From assembly GCF_009914755.1 (NCBI RefSeq), contig NC_060930.1: DNA of 64,000 bases. One strand, given 5' to 3'. The stretch comes from the human T2T-CHM13v2.0 reference genome, Homo sapiens. Shown here one piece after another: positions 51,012 to 64,000 of the stretch. A program made the position numbers and the translations under genes. Under the pieces are notes generated by a model that ran no database searches, had not been told where the DNA came from, and saw nothing but the letters and a program-made list of their open reading frames with translations. The first letter of the stretch is position 1, and each line of letters starts with the position of its first letter.

Positions 51012-53606
51012 GTGGAACTATTGAATTCCAGCTAAAATGGTGGCCAAATGAAGTTTGAAATTTACATGGAATTTAATTGATATAGTGAAACTTCATATTC
51101 TAGTAGCCAAAAAAAAAGTCCTTTTGAAATTTTTATGTAATATTTAAGCAGAGGTAGGTACAATTTGGTAATCTGACCAACTGCTTAGACACTGACTGCA
51201 TCATTAATGGAAAACTGAAGTCTTTCCCAGTTTTTTTTTTTTAACTACGTAGCGATGTTTATATTAAGAAAGTCATTGGACCCCTAAAAAATCACCTATA
51301 TGATCTCCAGTTTTACCATTCTATGACTCTAAGATTCTTAAGCAACCTTTTTACTATCATATAGATTATTGTGCTCACATTTTTATTTTAAAGGCATATA
51401 AATTTCAATGACATATAAACCCACTGGTTTAAATATATGAATCTGTCTGTCATCAATGAACTGGAATAGTAATGTCTCTGGATGTTAAAATAATTCTTAC
51501 AAAGATTATTTCTTCAATGACCTATGGCAGATTTTATAAAACATTGTTTGCAAAATCATACACTGGAGGTTTCATTAACGTGGATTTGAAGCAACAATAT
51601 AAAAATAACTATGCTTAAGAGTTAAGTGTCACCACTGGCATCAATTTTAGCATTAACAGAAACAGAAAAGGACAACACAAACAGATATTCTGCTAATTTC
51701 CTGGGCAAATCTGTCTGATTACCTGGGGGTAGTCAGTTCCTCTGAGAAAAAAAAAAAAAAGTTTTTTCTTATTCTGCTGACATTTCCAAAACTCATATGT
51801 TTCATTAAAATGTTCCTTCTCCAACTGGATAAACATTGTCCTGGAACTCTGCTGTTCCTTTTTTTTGTTTGTTTGTTTCTGGTTTTGTTTTTGTTGTTGT
51901 TTTAAAAAAAGAGGAAAGGAAACAAATTTATTTTTATAAACTGACCAAATATTTCATACATCTAATATCTATATAAAATATTTCTGTATTTCAGTAAAAA
52001 GGATGCTTTCCTGAGGATTTATTTTTAGCCTTCCAAATCAATGAAAGAGATTCAAATCACTTAGGACCCCAATGGTTTCTGAAGACACAAATCCAGGTCA
52101 GTTCAATAAACCTAAAGAAAATGATTTTCCTATATATTTTCTTTTTCTTAATAATTGTTTAAATGTCTCAAAGCAAAAAAAAATTTTGTAAATGGTCTAT
52201 CAATTTTATTTAGCACTTGTTTTCCATCTTAAGGGAAAAACAGCTATAAATGAGAACAATGTAAACAGTTTTATACAATATCACTTCTAAAATAATCTAG
52301 GCTACGTGCACTACTGGGAAAAACAATTCTCATCACATATTTGCTCAGACAATTTGAATTATGCACTTAACACAAGTGCTTATGTTGTTTTTATTACAAA
52401 TTTTTGTACATGTGTATTTCTAATGGCCATAGTGGTCTCAAGGTAAATTTAGGGTCACAGTTATTACCCTAATCCAGGATTTCTCTACCACTATGGATCC
52501 CTATCCTTTATTCTAACTACCTCTCATCTCTTCCAGAAAGATCTAAGTCCTGAGATCACATATGCTCAGAACTCATTCCTCTCCACATCTCTGGAATGTC
52601 TGCCATTTTCCTTCCCTACTCTCAGCCTTCAGCATTGCTGCCTGCTGTCAAGGATTTTATGCTGACCATGATGCTCTTCAAACCACGAGCGTCTCCACAT
52701 CAATCATGAAACAACTGGTGGCACCTCCAGTCCACAAAGCCACATGGACGTCATCCTGTCAGTGCCAGAGCTGCTGCTGGGGTCACCTCCATTGACTACT
52801 GTGTCTCTAACACTGATTCTTGCTGGTGCCCATTGCAGGCCATGCCACATTCTCTCCAATATCTTCCTGGTTCTGATCAAACCTTGCACTCACACCTCCG
52901 TCCATCCGATGTTCCATCAGCAATGCTAAGTGAAGGGGTTCGGTATATGTCATCTTCCAGCTCCTACCCACCACATGCTGCTCCTCCATGTTACACACAG
53001 GCTCCCTACAACTGATGGAGATCTCAGTTTTTACTTCAAGCCCCTCCCACTAACTCCCAAGAATAAATGTCTGAGGATTAGACCACAGAACAATACAATT
53101 GGCAAACATTGTACTGTAATCAAAATTACCTTTCCTCTCTGGCCCTGAGATATTGGCATGAGATCAAGCTTGTGTGCCTGACTGTCTCTTTCCTTAGAAT
53201 TAGTCTCTTCCCAGGAGGCATCTTAGTCTTTCTTAAAATGAAAATGCAACAAATCAACTAGTCGAATGGTGGCGAAAGACAGCTTAGTGAAGTTTGAATT
53301 TAATATGAAATTTCATTAATATAGTACAGCTTCTTATTATAATGGCCAAAAAAGTATTTTTTTAATTTCACCCAATATTTAAAGGGAACTAATTTTAAAA
53401 AAGAAAGCATTTTTGAGGTCCAACTGCTAAGATATTGACCAAATCATTGATGTATCAGAAAACCTAAATTTCTGTCTCAGTTTTTTCATTGCAAGGCTGT
53501 GTTCATTTCAGGCCACTTTAATCCACAAATCTTCAGATATGCTCAGTCCTAAACTGAACATGGCTTAACTTAACTAAACTGAAATCCCAATTATACTATT
53601 ATGGTG

Positions 53607-53612
<6 letters not shown>

Positions 53613-53648
<36 letters not shown>
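53613..53648. repeat. (CA)18 microsatellite
   Basis: Direct reading. Confidence 0.95.
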
Positions 53649-53651
<3 letters not shown>

Positions 53652-53792
53652 TTTTGGCCATATATCTACAAATATTCATTGAATAAAAGAAACGCTATTT
53701 ATAAAACATATAAAATAGATGTAAAAATTGTATATGAGCACATAATATATGTGTTTGAGAGTGCCAGATGAATCTGAATTGATCAACTGTAA

Positions 53793-54090
<298 letters not shown>

Positions 54091-54110
54091 GGTCAACTGT
54101 AATCTAAACA

Positions 54111-56500
54111 CAAGAACATCTTGTTTGATTGCTCTTCACTTTATTGTGCTTTGCAAATAATGGGTTTTTCACAAATTGAAGGGTTTTGGCAACCGTGGAT
54201 CAAGCAACTCTATCAATGCCATTGTTCCAACAGCATGTGTTCACTTCAAGTCTCTGTGTCACATTTTGATAATTCTCTCAATATTTCAACCTTTTTCGTT
54301 ACATTGTCTGTTATGGTGATCTGTGATCGGTGATAGTTGACATTACTGTTATAATTGTCTTGCAGCACCATAAACCATGCCCATATAAGGCAGCAAGCTT
54401 AATAGATAAATGTGTGTGTTCTGACTGCTCCACTGACCAGCTATTCTCTTTATCCCCTATCTTTCTCCCTCTACTCAGGCCCCCTATTCCCTGAAACACA
54501 ACCATATAGAAACTAAACCAATTAATAACCCTACATTGGCCTCTATGTGTTCAAGTGAAAGAAAGAGTCATACATCTCTCACTTTATTCAAAAGCTAGAA
54601 ATGATTAAACTTAGTGAGGAAGGCATGTTGAAAGGTGAGACAGACGGAAAGCTAAGAGTCTTGCACCCACCCAACCACCACATTGCAAATGCAAAGGAAA
54701 AGCTCTTCACAGAAATTAAAAGTGCTACTCCAGTGAGCACATTAATTATAAGAAAGCAAAATAGCTTTGCTAATATGGAGAAAGTTCTAGTGGTGTGGAT
54801 AGAAGATGGAATCAGCCACAATATTCCCTTAAACCAAAGCCTAATCCAGAGCAAGACCCTAACTTTCTTCAATTCTGTGAAGACTGAGAGAGGTGAGAAA
54901 ACTGCAGAAGAAAAAAATGAAGCTGGCAGAGGTTGGCTCGTGAGGTTTAAAGAAAGAAGCCATTTCCATAACAGAAAAGTGCAAGGTGAAGCAGCAAGTG
55001 CTGATGCAGAAGCTACAGCAAGTTATCCAGAATATCTAGCTAAGATCATTGATGAAGGTGGCTATGCGAAACAATAGATTTTCCATGTGGATGAAATAGC
55101 CTTCTGTTGGAAGAAGATGCCATCTAGAACTTTCACAGCTAGAGAGAAGTCAGTGCCTGTCTTCAAAGCTTCAAAGAACAGTTGGACTCGCTTATTAGGG
55201 GCTAATGCAGCTGATCACCTTAAGTTGAAGCCAATACTATGTACCATTCTGAAAATCCTAGGGCCCTTAGGAATTACACTACATCTGTCTGTGCTCCATA
55301 AATGGAACAAGAAAGCCTGGATGACAGCACATCTGTTAACAGCTTGTTTTACTGAATATATTAAGCCCACTGTTGAGACCCACTGCTCAGAAAAAGAGAT
55401 TTTTTTCATAATATTACTTCTCATTGACAGTGCACCTGGTCCCCAAGAGCTCCTGATGGAGAAGCACAAGGAGATGAACGTTGTTTTCATGCTTGCTAAC
55501 AGAACATCCATTCTGCAGTCCATGGATAAAGGAGTAGTTTCGACTTTCAAATCTTATTATTTCAGAAATACATTTCATAAAGGTAAGCATCCCATAGGTA
55601 GAAATTCCTCTGTTGGATCTAGGTAAAGGAAATTAAAAACTTTCTAGAAAGGATTCACAATTATAGTTGTCATTAAGAACATTTGTGATTCATGGGAGGA
55701 GGTCAAAATATCAACATTAACAGGAGTTTGGAAGAAATTGATTCTGACCCCCCTGGGTAACTCTGAGGGGGTTCAAGAATTCTGTGGAGGAATTAACTGC
55801 AGATGTGGTAGAAATAGCAAGAGAACTAGAGTTAGAAGTAGAGGCTGAAACAGACAGAAGTGCTGCAATCTCCTGATAAAACTTGAATGGATAAGAAGTT
55901 GCTTTTTACAAATGATCAAATAAGGTGGTTTTTTAATATGGAGTCTTCTGGTGATGAAGCTGTGAACATTGTCTGAAATGATGACAAAGGATTTAGAATA
56001 TTACATAAACTTCGCTGGCAAAGCAGCTGCAGAGTTTCAGAGGATTGACTCCAATTTTGAAAGTTCTACTGTGGGTGAAAGGCTATCCAACAGCATCGCA
56101 TGCTACGGAGAAATCTTTTGTGAAAGGAAGAATAAATTGCTGTGGCAAACTTCATTGTTGTATTATTTTAAGATTTTTCCACAGCCACTCCAACTTCAGC
56201 AACCACCACTGACCAGTCAGCAGCCATCAACATCTAGCTTTGCTCCACCAGCAAAGATTATGACTCACTGAAGGCTCAGAGGATTGTTGCAATTTTTAGC
56301 AGCAAAGTATTTTTTTAATTAGGGTGCATACGTATTTTTGAACATAATGCTATTGCATACTTTATAGGCTACAATAAAGTGTAAACATAACTTTTATATG
56401 CACTGGGAAACCAATACATTTACATGACTCACTGTTTTGTGATACTCATGTTATTGTGGTGGTCTAGAACTAGATCCGCAATATCTCCAAGGTATGCCTG
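54111..56500 (+). mobile_element. Full-length Tigger1 DNA transposon with decayed pogo-like transposase
   Basis: Right end atatctccaaggtatgcctg|TA; degenerate left end; transposase remnants [11 protein letters not shown]...GWLVRFKER...DEIAFCWKKMPSRTF...QSMDKGVVSTFKSYY; ~2.39 kb. Confidence 0.95.
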
Positions 56501-56864
56501 TAGTTGCCCTCAATGCAACTCTGCTGACATAATATATTTCATAAACATAGAAATCCTTTATGTCTTTTCTGTTTTCTTTTATATTTCTCATACCTGGCAT
56601 AGTGCCTGAAAAATAGAAAATGTTCAGTAAATATGCTTTTCAACGAATGAGGAGGAAGAAATGGAGAGACACATAAAGCATTTTTGATGTTTTACATATC
56701 TAACTTCTGATCAAAATGTGGAATAAATTACTTTATGCCCAACTAATCATGCATATACCACTTCTGTTTTCATTGATGTTGTACTGACATTATTAGCAAT
56801 AGGTGGCAGTCAGTAAATAATCCAAGCCATATCAACCATAGGAACACTTATCAGATTTTTGTTT

Positions 56865-57342
56865 GGCTTATCTGTCTTTGCTGTCTTGCATCCATTTCCC
56901 CTCCTTAATGGCATCACAATTTCCTAGTTTCATTGTGTACAGTCTCAATGGCCCAGTAACTCCAGATTCCTCTCTCCAACTACAGAAGCCAAGGAGGGCT
57001 TGACAGAATCTACTTCTCCTACCCTGTGATAGAGCCAGGAGGCAAGCAACTGGCCTATGCATGGCCAATCAAATGATCTCCCTCTAAGACTTCGAATTTT
57101 GTATAAGTGAAACAAGGATGGAAAGAACGTTTGGCATTTACTCATCACAGTGGTTAAGAGCTGTATCAAAACCAGACTGCTCCTGCTATGGGACAGTTAC
57201 TGTGTTTCCAACTTCCTGTACCCGTAGGCATCTCAGTTTTTGCCCATTTCCACTATTGAATCTCAGAGCTCATGAAATCCTTCTGCTTGAATTAGTAAGA
57301 GATGGTTTCTGTTGTTTACCACCAAGGAGCTCTAAGTGGCAC
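56865..57342 (+). mobile_element. Old MLT1-type (MLT1J/K-like) LTR
   Basis: 3' end cttgaattagtaagagatggtttctgttgtttaccaccaaggagctctaagtggcaca resembles MLT1 ends. Confidence 0.5.
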
Positions 57343-57650
57343 ATGTTCACACCAGCATCATAGCAGCCAGTCTGCATCCTTGGAAGATGCTACCATGTGA
57401 TGTCTAGCAAGAGTACAGAAACAACCGTAATACACAACTCCCAGGAGGAAAGAGGGAAAAGCAGGGTTGTATTCTTCAATATTGTCAATTCTGCTTTTTA
57501 AAGTTAAGTATAGCTATGCCTGGCTTAAACAATAATGTATACAATTAATCACATTTGTTTCTTTTCCACTTAGTTTTGAAATAACCTCAGTGAAAGTTAG
57601 AAATTGAAAAGGAAAAACTTCCTAAGTGCAATTTCAAAAATTCACCATGA

Positions 57651-58011
<361 letters not shown>

Positions 58012-58075
58012 CTAGTATCTTCCTATAGCCCCTTCTCACATCTGTCCCACATTACATTTTACTGCCATTTAGAAT

Positions 58076-58143
58076 TTAGCCCAGGAGTTGGAGGCCAGCC
58101 TAGGCAACATAGGCAACGTAGTGAGACTCTGTTTCTATAAAAA
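58076..58143 (+). mobile_element. Alu left-monomer fragment
   Basis: agcccaggagttggaggccagcctaggcaacatag. Confidence 0.7.
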
Positions 58144-58483
58144 ATACATATAAAACATAAAAAATAGAACTCAGGTATTAACTCTAATTTTAGTACCACC
58201 ATATTATATATTCGGAATAGTAAAGGTTCTCTTTCCCCCCACCCAGGTTAGGAACCAAAACAAACTCTCCCCGTGAAGTTCTAAGCAGTTGTGGCTTCTC
58301 TACACATCTCTTTTCAACTATGATAATTCTGGATGTGCTGTTATCATCTAGCAAATCATCTTCAGGCAGGGTGTAGCAGGCAGTGAGCACTGAGGATGAG
58401 GTGAGACAGTTCCATCAGGGAAGCAGTGTGCACACAACAAACACCGGGTCTGGGCAAGATGGAGCAGAGGACATGCAGCCCAG

Positions 58484-59337
58484 CAAAGGACACAGACAGA
58501 CACCTCTGAAAAGAAGGCATACATGCAGCCAAAAGGCATAGGAAAAAATCTCAATATCACTGATCATTAGAGAAACGCAAATCAAAACCACAATGAGATA
58601 CCATCTCACACCAGTCAGAAAGGCTATTACTAAAAAGTCAAAAAAAAAAAAATAACAGATGCTGGCGAGTTTGTAGAGAAAAGGGAATACTTATGCACTG
58701 TTGGTGGGAGGGTAAATTAGTTCAACCACTGTGGAAAACAGTATGGCAATGCCTCTAAGAGCTAAAAGCAGAACTGCCATTTGACCCAGCAATCCCATTA
58801 TTCAGTATATACACAGAAGAATATAAATCATTCTACCATAAAGACACATGCACGCGAAAATTCACTGTAGCACTACTCACAATAGCGAAGACATGGAATC
58901 AACCAAAATGCCCATCAATGACAGATTGGATAAAGAAAATGTGGTTCATATACACCATGGAATGCTATGCAGTTGTAAAAAAGAATGATGTCATGTCTTT
59001 TGCGGGAACATGGATGGAGCTGGAGGCTATTATCCATAGCAAACTAACACAGCAACAGCAAACTAAATACTGCATGTTCTCACATGTAAGTGGGAGCCAA
59101 ATGGTAAGAACTTACAAACACAAAGAAGAAAACAACAGACACTGCTGTCTATTTGAGGGAGGAGGGTGGGAGGAGGGAGAGGAGCAAAAAAGGTAACTAT
59201 TGGATACTGGGCTTAATACCTGGGTGATGAATTAATATCTGGGTAATGAAATAATCTGTACAACAAACTCCTGTGATGTATGTTTAGCTATGTAACAAAC
59301 CTTCGCATGTACCCACAAACCTAAAATAAGTGTTAAA
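58484..59337 (+). mobile_element. 5'-truncated older primate L1 (L1PA13-16/L1PB-like) 3' end
   Basis: gcaaatcaaaaccacaatgagataccatctcacaccagtcagaa; 3'UTR to cctaaaataag. Confidence 0.88.
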
Positions 59338-59652
59338 AAGTTGTATGACTTTTAAAAATCCTTCTAATAAATCTTTGCATTCATACTTAAAAAAAATTAC
59401 ATATATGCAAATTCCTCTGGGAATGTACAGCATGGGGTGTTTAACGTTTTTGCTAATTGTCTGCTTACAAACGAAAGGCCAGTGGGAACTGAAACAAAAG
59501 TCTGATGCAGAGCCTCGCGGACTTTCATCAGAAGTGGGGGAGCAAAGGCAGAGCAGGCCAGGAGGGGATACGGCAACAGTGAGAAGGAAGGACTGAGAGT
59601 TCAGTTCTGTTCTATTGTTTTCCATTTGCACCTTGCAAAAATGACTGTTACT

Positions 59653-59962
<310 letters not shown>

Positions 59963-60949
59963 TCAGCTCTGCTGCCCATTGTCATTTTCCCTGGAAAACG
60001 TTTAGATGAATAAGTTTCTAAGGACGCCTTAACACTGGAGTCTCCAGGTGGGATCTGAGGGTATACAAAGCCCTTCCCAATGATCTCGAAATCACAGCAG
60101 TTGGTAGTTGCCTATTTTGGCTATTCCTGAAGATCAGTGTGTCCTTACTTTAATTACTTTTCTACTATACTAAGAGACTCAATCTATCATAAACTTGAAG
60201 TCTTTTTTATAAAGATTTGGTTCTAGAAAATCCCTCTCCTAGACATTTCCTTCATAATTTAAATTGCTATTTGGCAAATAATTTTTCATTTCCTTGAGGG
60301 AATTTGAATAAAGTCATGTTGGAATTCTGCCATTACATACAATGCATTTCTTTAAAAAGCATCTTAAAGGAAGAAATGTATTGATATTTACTTTCCAGAT
60401 GATAATTTGTGCTAATTCTAATATTATTGTGGGGAAAATATGTAACTACTCTATTTTCTCTAAGTAACCACATTGGCAGTTAATATAAATGTTCTTTTAA
60501 AAAACTGTATTAACAAGAAACACCGTGTTCTACGGTATCTAGTAGTTTCTACGTGCACGTATTTCAAATATTCTTCTTTATTCACAGACCATAAAATTGC
60601 ATGTATCATTTGCAATTGAATTTTTTCAGAAGTCCCCTCAAAGGGAATAGGGAAAGGTAAAAATGCATTGAATAATTTTTTTAAGTTGGCTTTATTCCAG
60701 AATACAGAGAATATAACTCCTGCCTCTGTCAGTAACTGGCTGGATTTGTAAGGATGATAAATCATTCTTGGATTTTTCATCCAAAGTTCCTTCTCTTTGG
60801 TTTCTTCCTCTCTGCTTTACTTTTGGCTTATAAATTTGGATCCTCCCATCTTCCAAAACCAAACTGACGATCACTTGTGAAAATAACTACCTTCATGCCT
60901 AGTCTTTCCTAACACACAGGGACTAAATCTATAATAGTATGCCTATACA

Positions 60950-61522
60950 GCACTTGAAATGGGGCTAACTCACATTGAGGTTTGCTGTCAGTGTAATGAT
61001 TCACACTGTGTTTTAAAGATTTTGTACAAAAAAGGGAAAATATTTCAGTTTTACATTGGTTTTAAGTTGAAATGATAATATTTTAGAGATATTGGCTTAA
61101 ATAAAATATAGAATTAGAAATATAGAATATAGAAAAAATTAGAATTAATTGAGCTTTTTAAAAAATCTTGTTACAGTAGCTATCAGAAATTGTATTTATT
61201 TTTTTTTTTTACTTTAGAGATGGGGTCTTGCTCTGTAGCTTAGGCTGGAGTGCAGTGACATGATCATAGCTCACTGCAGCCTCTGACTTCCTGGGCTTAA
61301 GTGATCCTCCCACCTCATCCTACTGAGTAGCTGGAATTACAGGTACATGCCACCACCCCTGACTAATTTTTTTTTTTTTTTTTTTGTAGAGATGGGGTCT
61401 CACTTTGTTGCCCAGGCTGATCTCAAACTTCTGGCTTCAAGTGATCCTCCAGCCTCAGCTTCCTAAAGGGAGAAAATTTTAAATTATGTATGTGGCTCTC
61501 TTTACTTTCTCTTAGATAGTAC
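60950..61522. mobile_element. MER33/MER3-like hAT-Charlie remnant split by an AluJ
   Basis: gttgaaatgataatattttagagatattggcttaaataaaatata ... aaaattttaaattatgtatgtggctc. Confidence 0.6.
61194..61468 (-). mobile_element. AluJ
   Basis: Minus-strand Alu, 5' truncated. Confidence 0.9.
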
Positions 61523-62352
61523 TTGCCTGTAACATGTACTTAACATCCTAAGACACAGATGACATCCTTCTTATGACCTCACTTTTCTCTCTCTCCAACA
61601 CCTGATGTATGATAAGTGTAATTATTAACCATGCCTCATTTTATTGAGTTTCAAACAGCTAAGTCATCAAGTAGTACTCCACTTCTAAACTGAATATCAA
61701 TCTAAAAACTTAAAAAATTGAGATTTTTCACAAAGGCTTCCTAGTCTTTTTTTTGCCCCCAGGGAATAAGAATTCTTATTGAAGAAGTCTGAATACCTCT
61801 GCTAAATATGAATTTATAACGAAGGGCTGCTCCATCCTCCATTTGGGCTCAAGGACACATTTTTACCTCCAGGATCTAACTGTGAAATACTCTAGCTCAA
61901 TAACAAGACCATTTCTGTCAAGGGAACCAAAGATTCCCTTGCTCTGTCCCTGGACAGGTGATATTTGCCTGCCCCTGGACTGATGACACCAGAAGTTGAT
62001 CTTCAGAGTCAAGAGTTCACTGAGAGGCCAAATGGATGCCAAGGAACTCTAACCCTCCCTTCCTGTTCCTGTGCATTCATCTTCTTTCCTGCATCTTCTC
62101 TGCTAATCTATGGATTTGCTGACCTTGCATGTCTGGCCAAGCTCTAGAGTTTCCTTTCTGATTACATCATGCAACCACACTAGATGTCATGCTGACATTC
62201 CTTCACAATGCCCTGTCCTTTTATCAGGTGACATCACCCCTAACCAAAAGAGAGACATACAGCAGAGGAGTAAAATGCATATACCGCAGAGCCAAACAAG
62301 CCCTCCTTTAAATCTCTCATCACACCATGCATTGTATGCTTTACCTTAGTCA

Positions 62353-62806
<454 letters not shown>

Positions 62807-63037
62807 CTAAGGCCTTCATTTCCCAGCCTCTCTTGCAGCTCCATGTGGCAAAAGGCATACAAACAGAAATGGCATATCTAACTCTCTCTCTGGCAAAAGG
62901 CATAGAAACAGAAATGGCATATCTAACTACCTGTATGTGGCCTTTTTCTTTTCTGCAAGTGCCTGAAATATAGAAGTGATATCTAGTCATCTTGGACCAT
63001 GCAGATGAGAACAACAGCTTAGGGATTATAAAATAAT

Positions 63038-64000
63038 AAAATGGAAAGAAGACAAGAAATAACCAAAATCAGAGCTGAACTGAGGGAGACTGAGACACAA
63101 GAAACCATTCAAAAGATCAACGAATCCAGGAGCTGGTTTTTTGAAAACATCAATAAAATAGCTAGAATGCTAGCTAGGCTAATAAAGAATAAAAGAGAGA
63201 AAATCCAAATAAACACAATCCAAAACAAGAAGGATATTACCACAGACCCCACAGAAATACAAACAACCATCAGAGAATGTTATGAACACCCCTATGCATA
63301 TAAACTAGAAAATCTAGAAGAAATAGATAAATTCCTGGACTCCGAAGACTGAACCAGCAAGAAATTAAATCCCTGACCAGACCAATAAAGAGCTCTGAAA
63401 TTCAATCAGTTATAAATAGCCTACCAACCAAGAAAAGCCCAGGACCAGATGGATTCACAACTGAGTTCTACCAGATGTACAAAGAAGAGCTGGTACCATT
63501 ATTCCACCATTCCTACTGAAGGTACTTCAAAAAAAAAAAAAAAAAAGAGGAAGAGGGAATCCTCCCCTAACTCATTCTGTGAGTCCAGCATCATTCTGCT
63601 ACTAAAACCTGGCAGAAGCACAACAACAACAAAAAAACTTTAGGCCCATATTCTTGATGAACATAGATGCAAAAATCCCCAGCAAAATATTGGAGAATTG
63701 AATCTAGCAGCACATCAAAAACCTTATCCAACACAATCAGGTAGGCTTTATACCTGGGATGCAAGGTTGGTTCAACATATACAAATCAAAACATGTGACT
63801 CATCACATAAACAGAACTAAAGACAAAAGCTATATGATTATCTCAATAGATGAAAAAAAGGCTTTTAGTAAAATTCAACACGCCTTCATGTTAAAAACTC
63901 TCAATAAATTAGGTGTTGAAGGAATATACCTCAAAATAATAAGAGCCATCTATGACTAACCTACAGCCAACATCATACCAAGGGCAAAAGCTGGAAGCAT
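63038..64000 (+). mobile_element. L1 ORF2 fragment running off the window end
   Basis: [11 protein letters not shown]...[11 protein letters not shown]...MQGWFNI...LKTLNKLG. Confidence 0.93.

Noticed and set aside
53130-53144. 15-nt AG..GT microexon-like pair
   Set aside because: Poor acceptor; indistinguishable from chance.
60692-60874. Protein-like minus-strand frame (IVSLVLEDGRIQIYKPK...) with an aag acceptor
   Set aside because: No convincing donor before the stop; acceptor weak.
61867-61914. 48-nt exon-like segment
   Set aside because: Open only in phase 2 and weak donor (gtaaaa); incompatible with the phase-1 series.

Overview
Primate (human-like), AT-rich, repeat-dense genomic DNA. 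No prokaryotic-type systems are present, and nearly all ORFs in the supplied track are repeat-derived noise. 1-30 kb is mostly interspersed repeats. It is dominated by a ~13 kb nest: an old full-span L1MA-type element with intact TSDs that hosts an L1PA fragment, an LTR8, an Alu monomer and a full-length L1PA4-6 element. Between ~31 and ~43 kb, splice signals on the minus strand reveal the 3' end of a spliced protein-coding gene whose internal exons the ORF track misses: 43200-43286, 38055-38123 and 35008-35171, plus a MIR-derived terminal exon 31561-31680. Joined, they read (x)[146 protein letters not shown] cannot name the gene. Several candidate microexons, a poison exon and a UG-repeat cryptic exon lie in its introns. 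Most notable oddities: (1) two separately inserted L1 copies ~15 kb apart share identical inactivating stop codons and about a dozen other non-consensus changes; (2) a tailless tRNA-Val 5'-half insertion with an inverted target duplication; (3) complex template-switch-like rearrangements at retroelement 5' junctions; (4) an unexplained ancient direct repeat bracketing a GC-richer island. A full-length Tigger1 lies at 54111-56500. Subfamily names and consensus comparisons are from recall, not from a database search.
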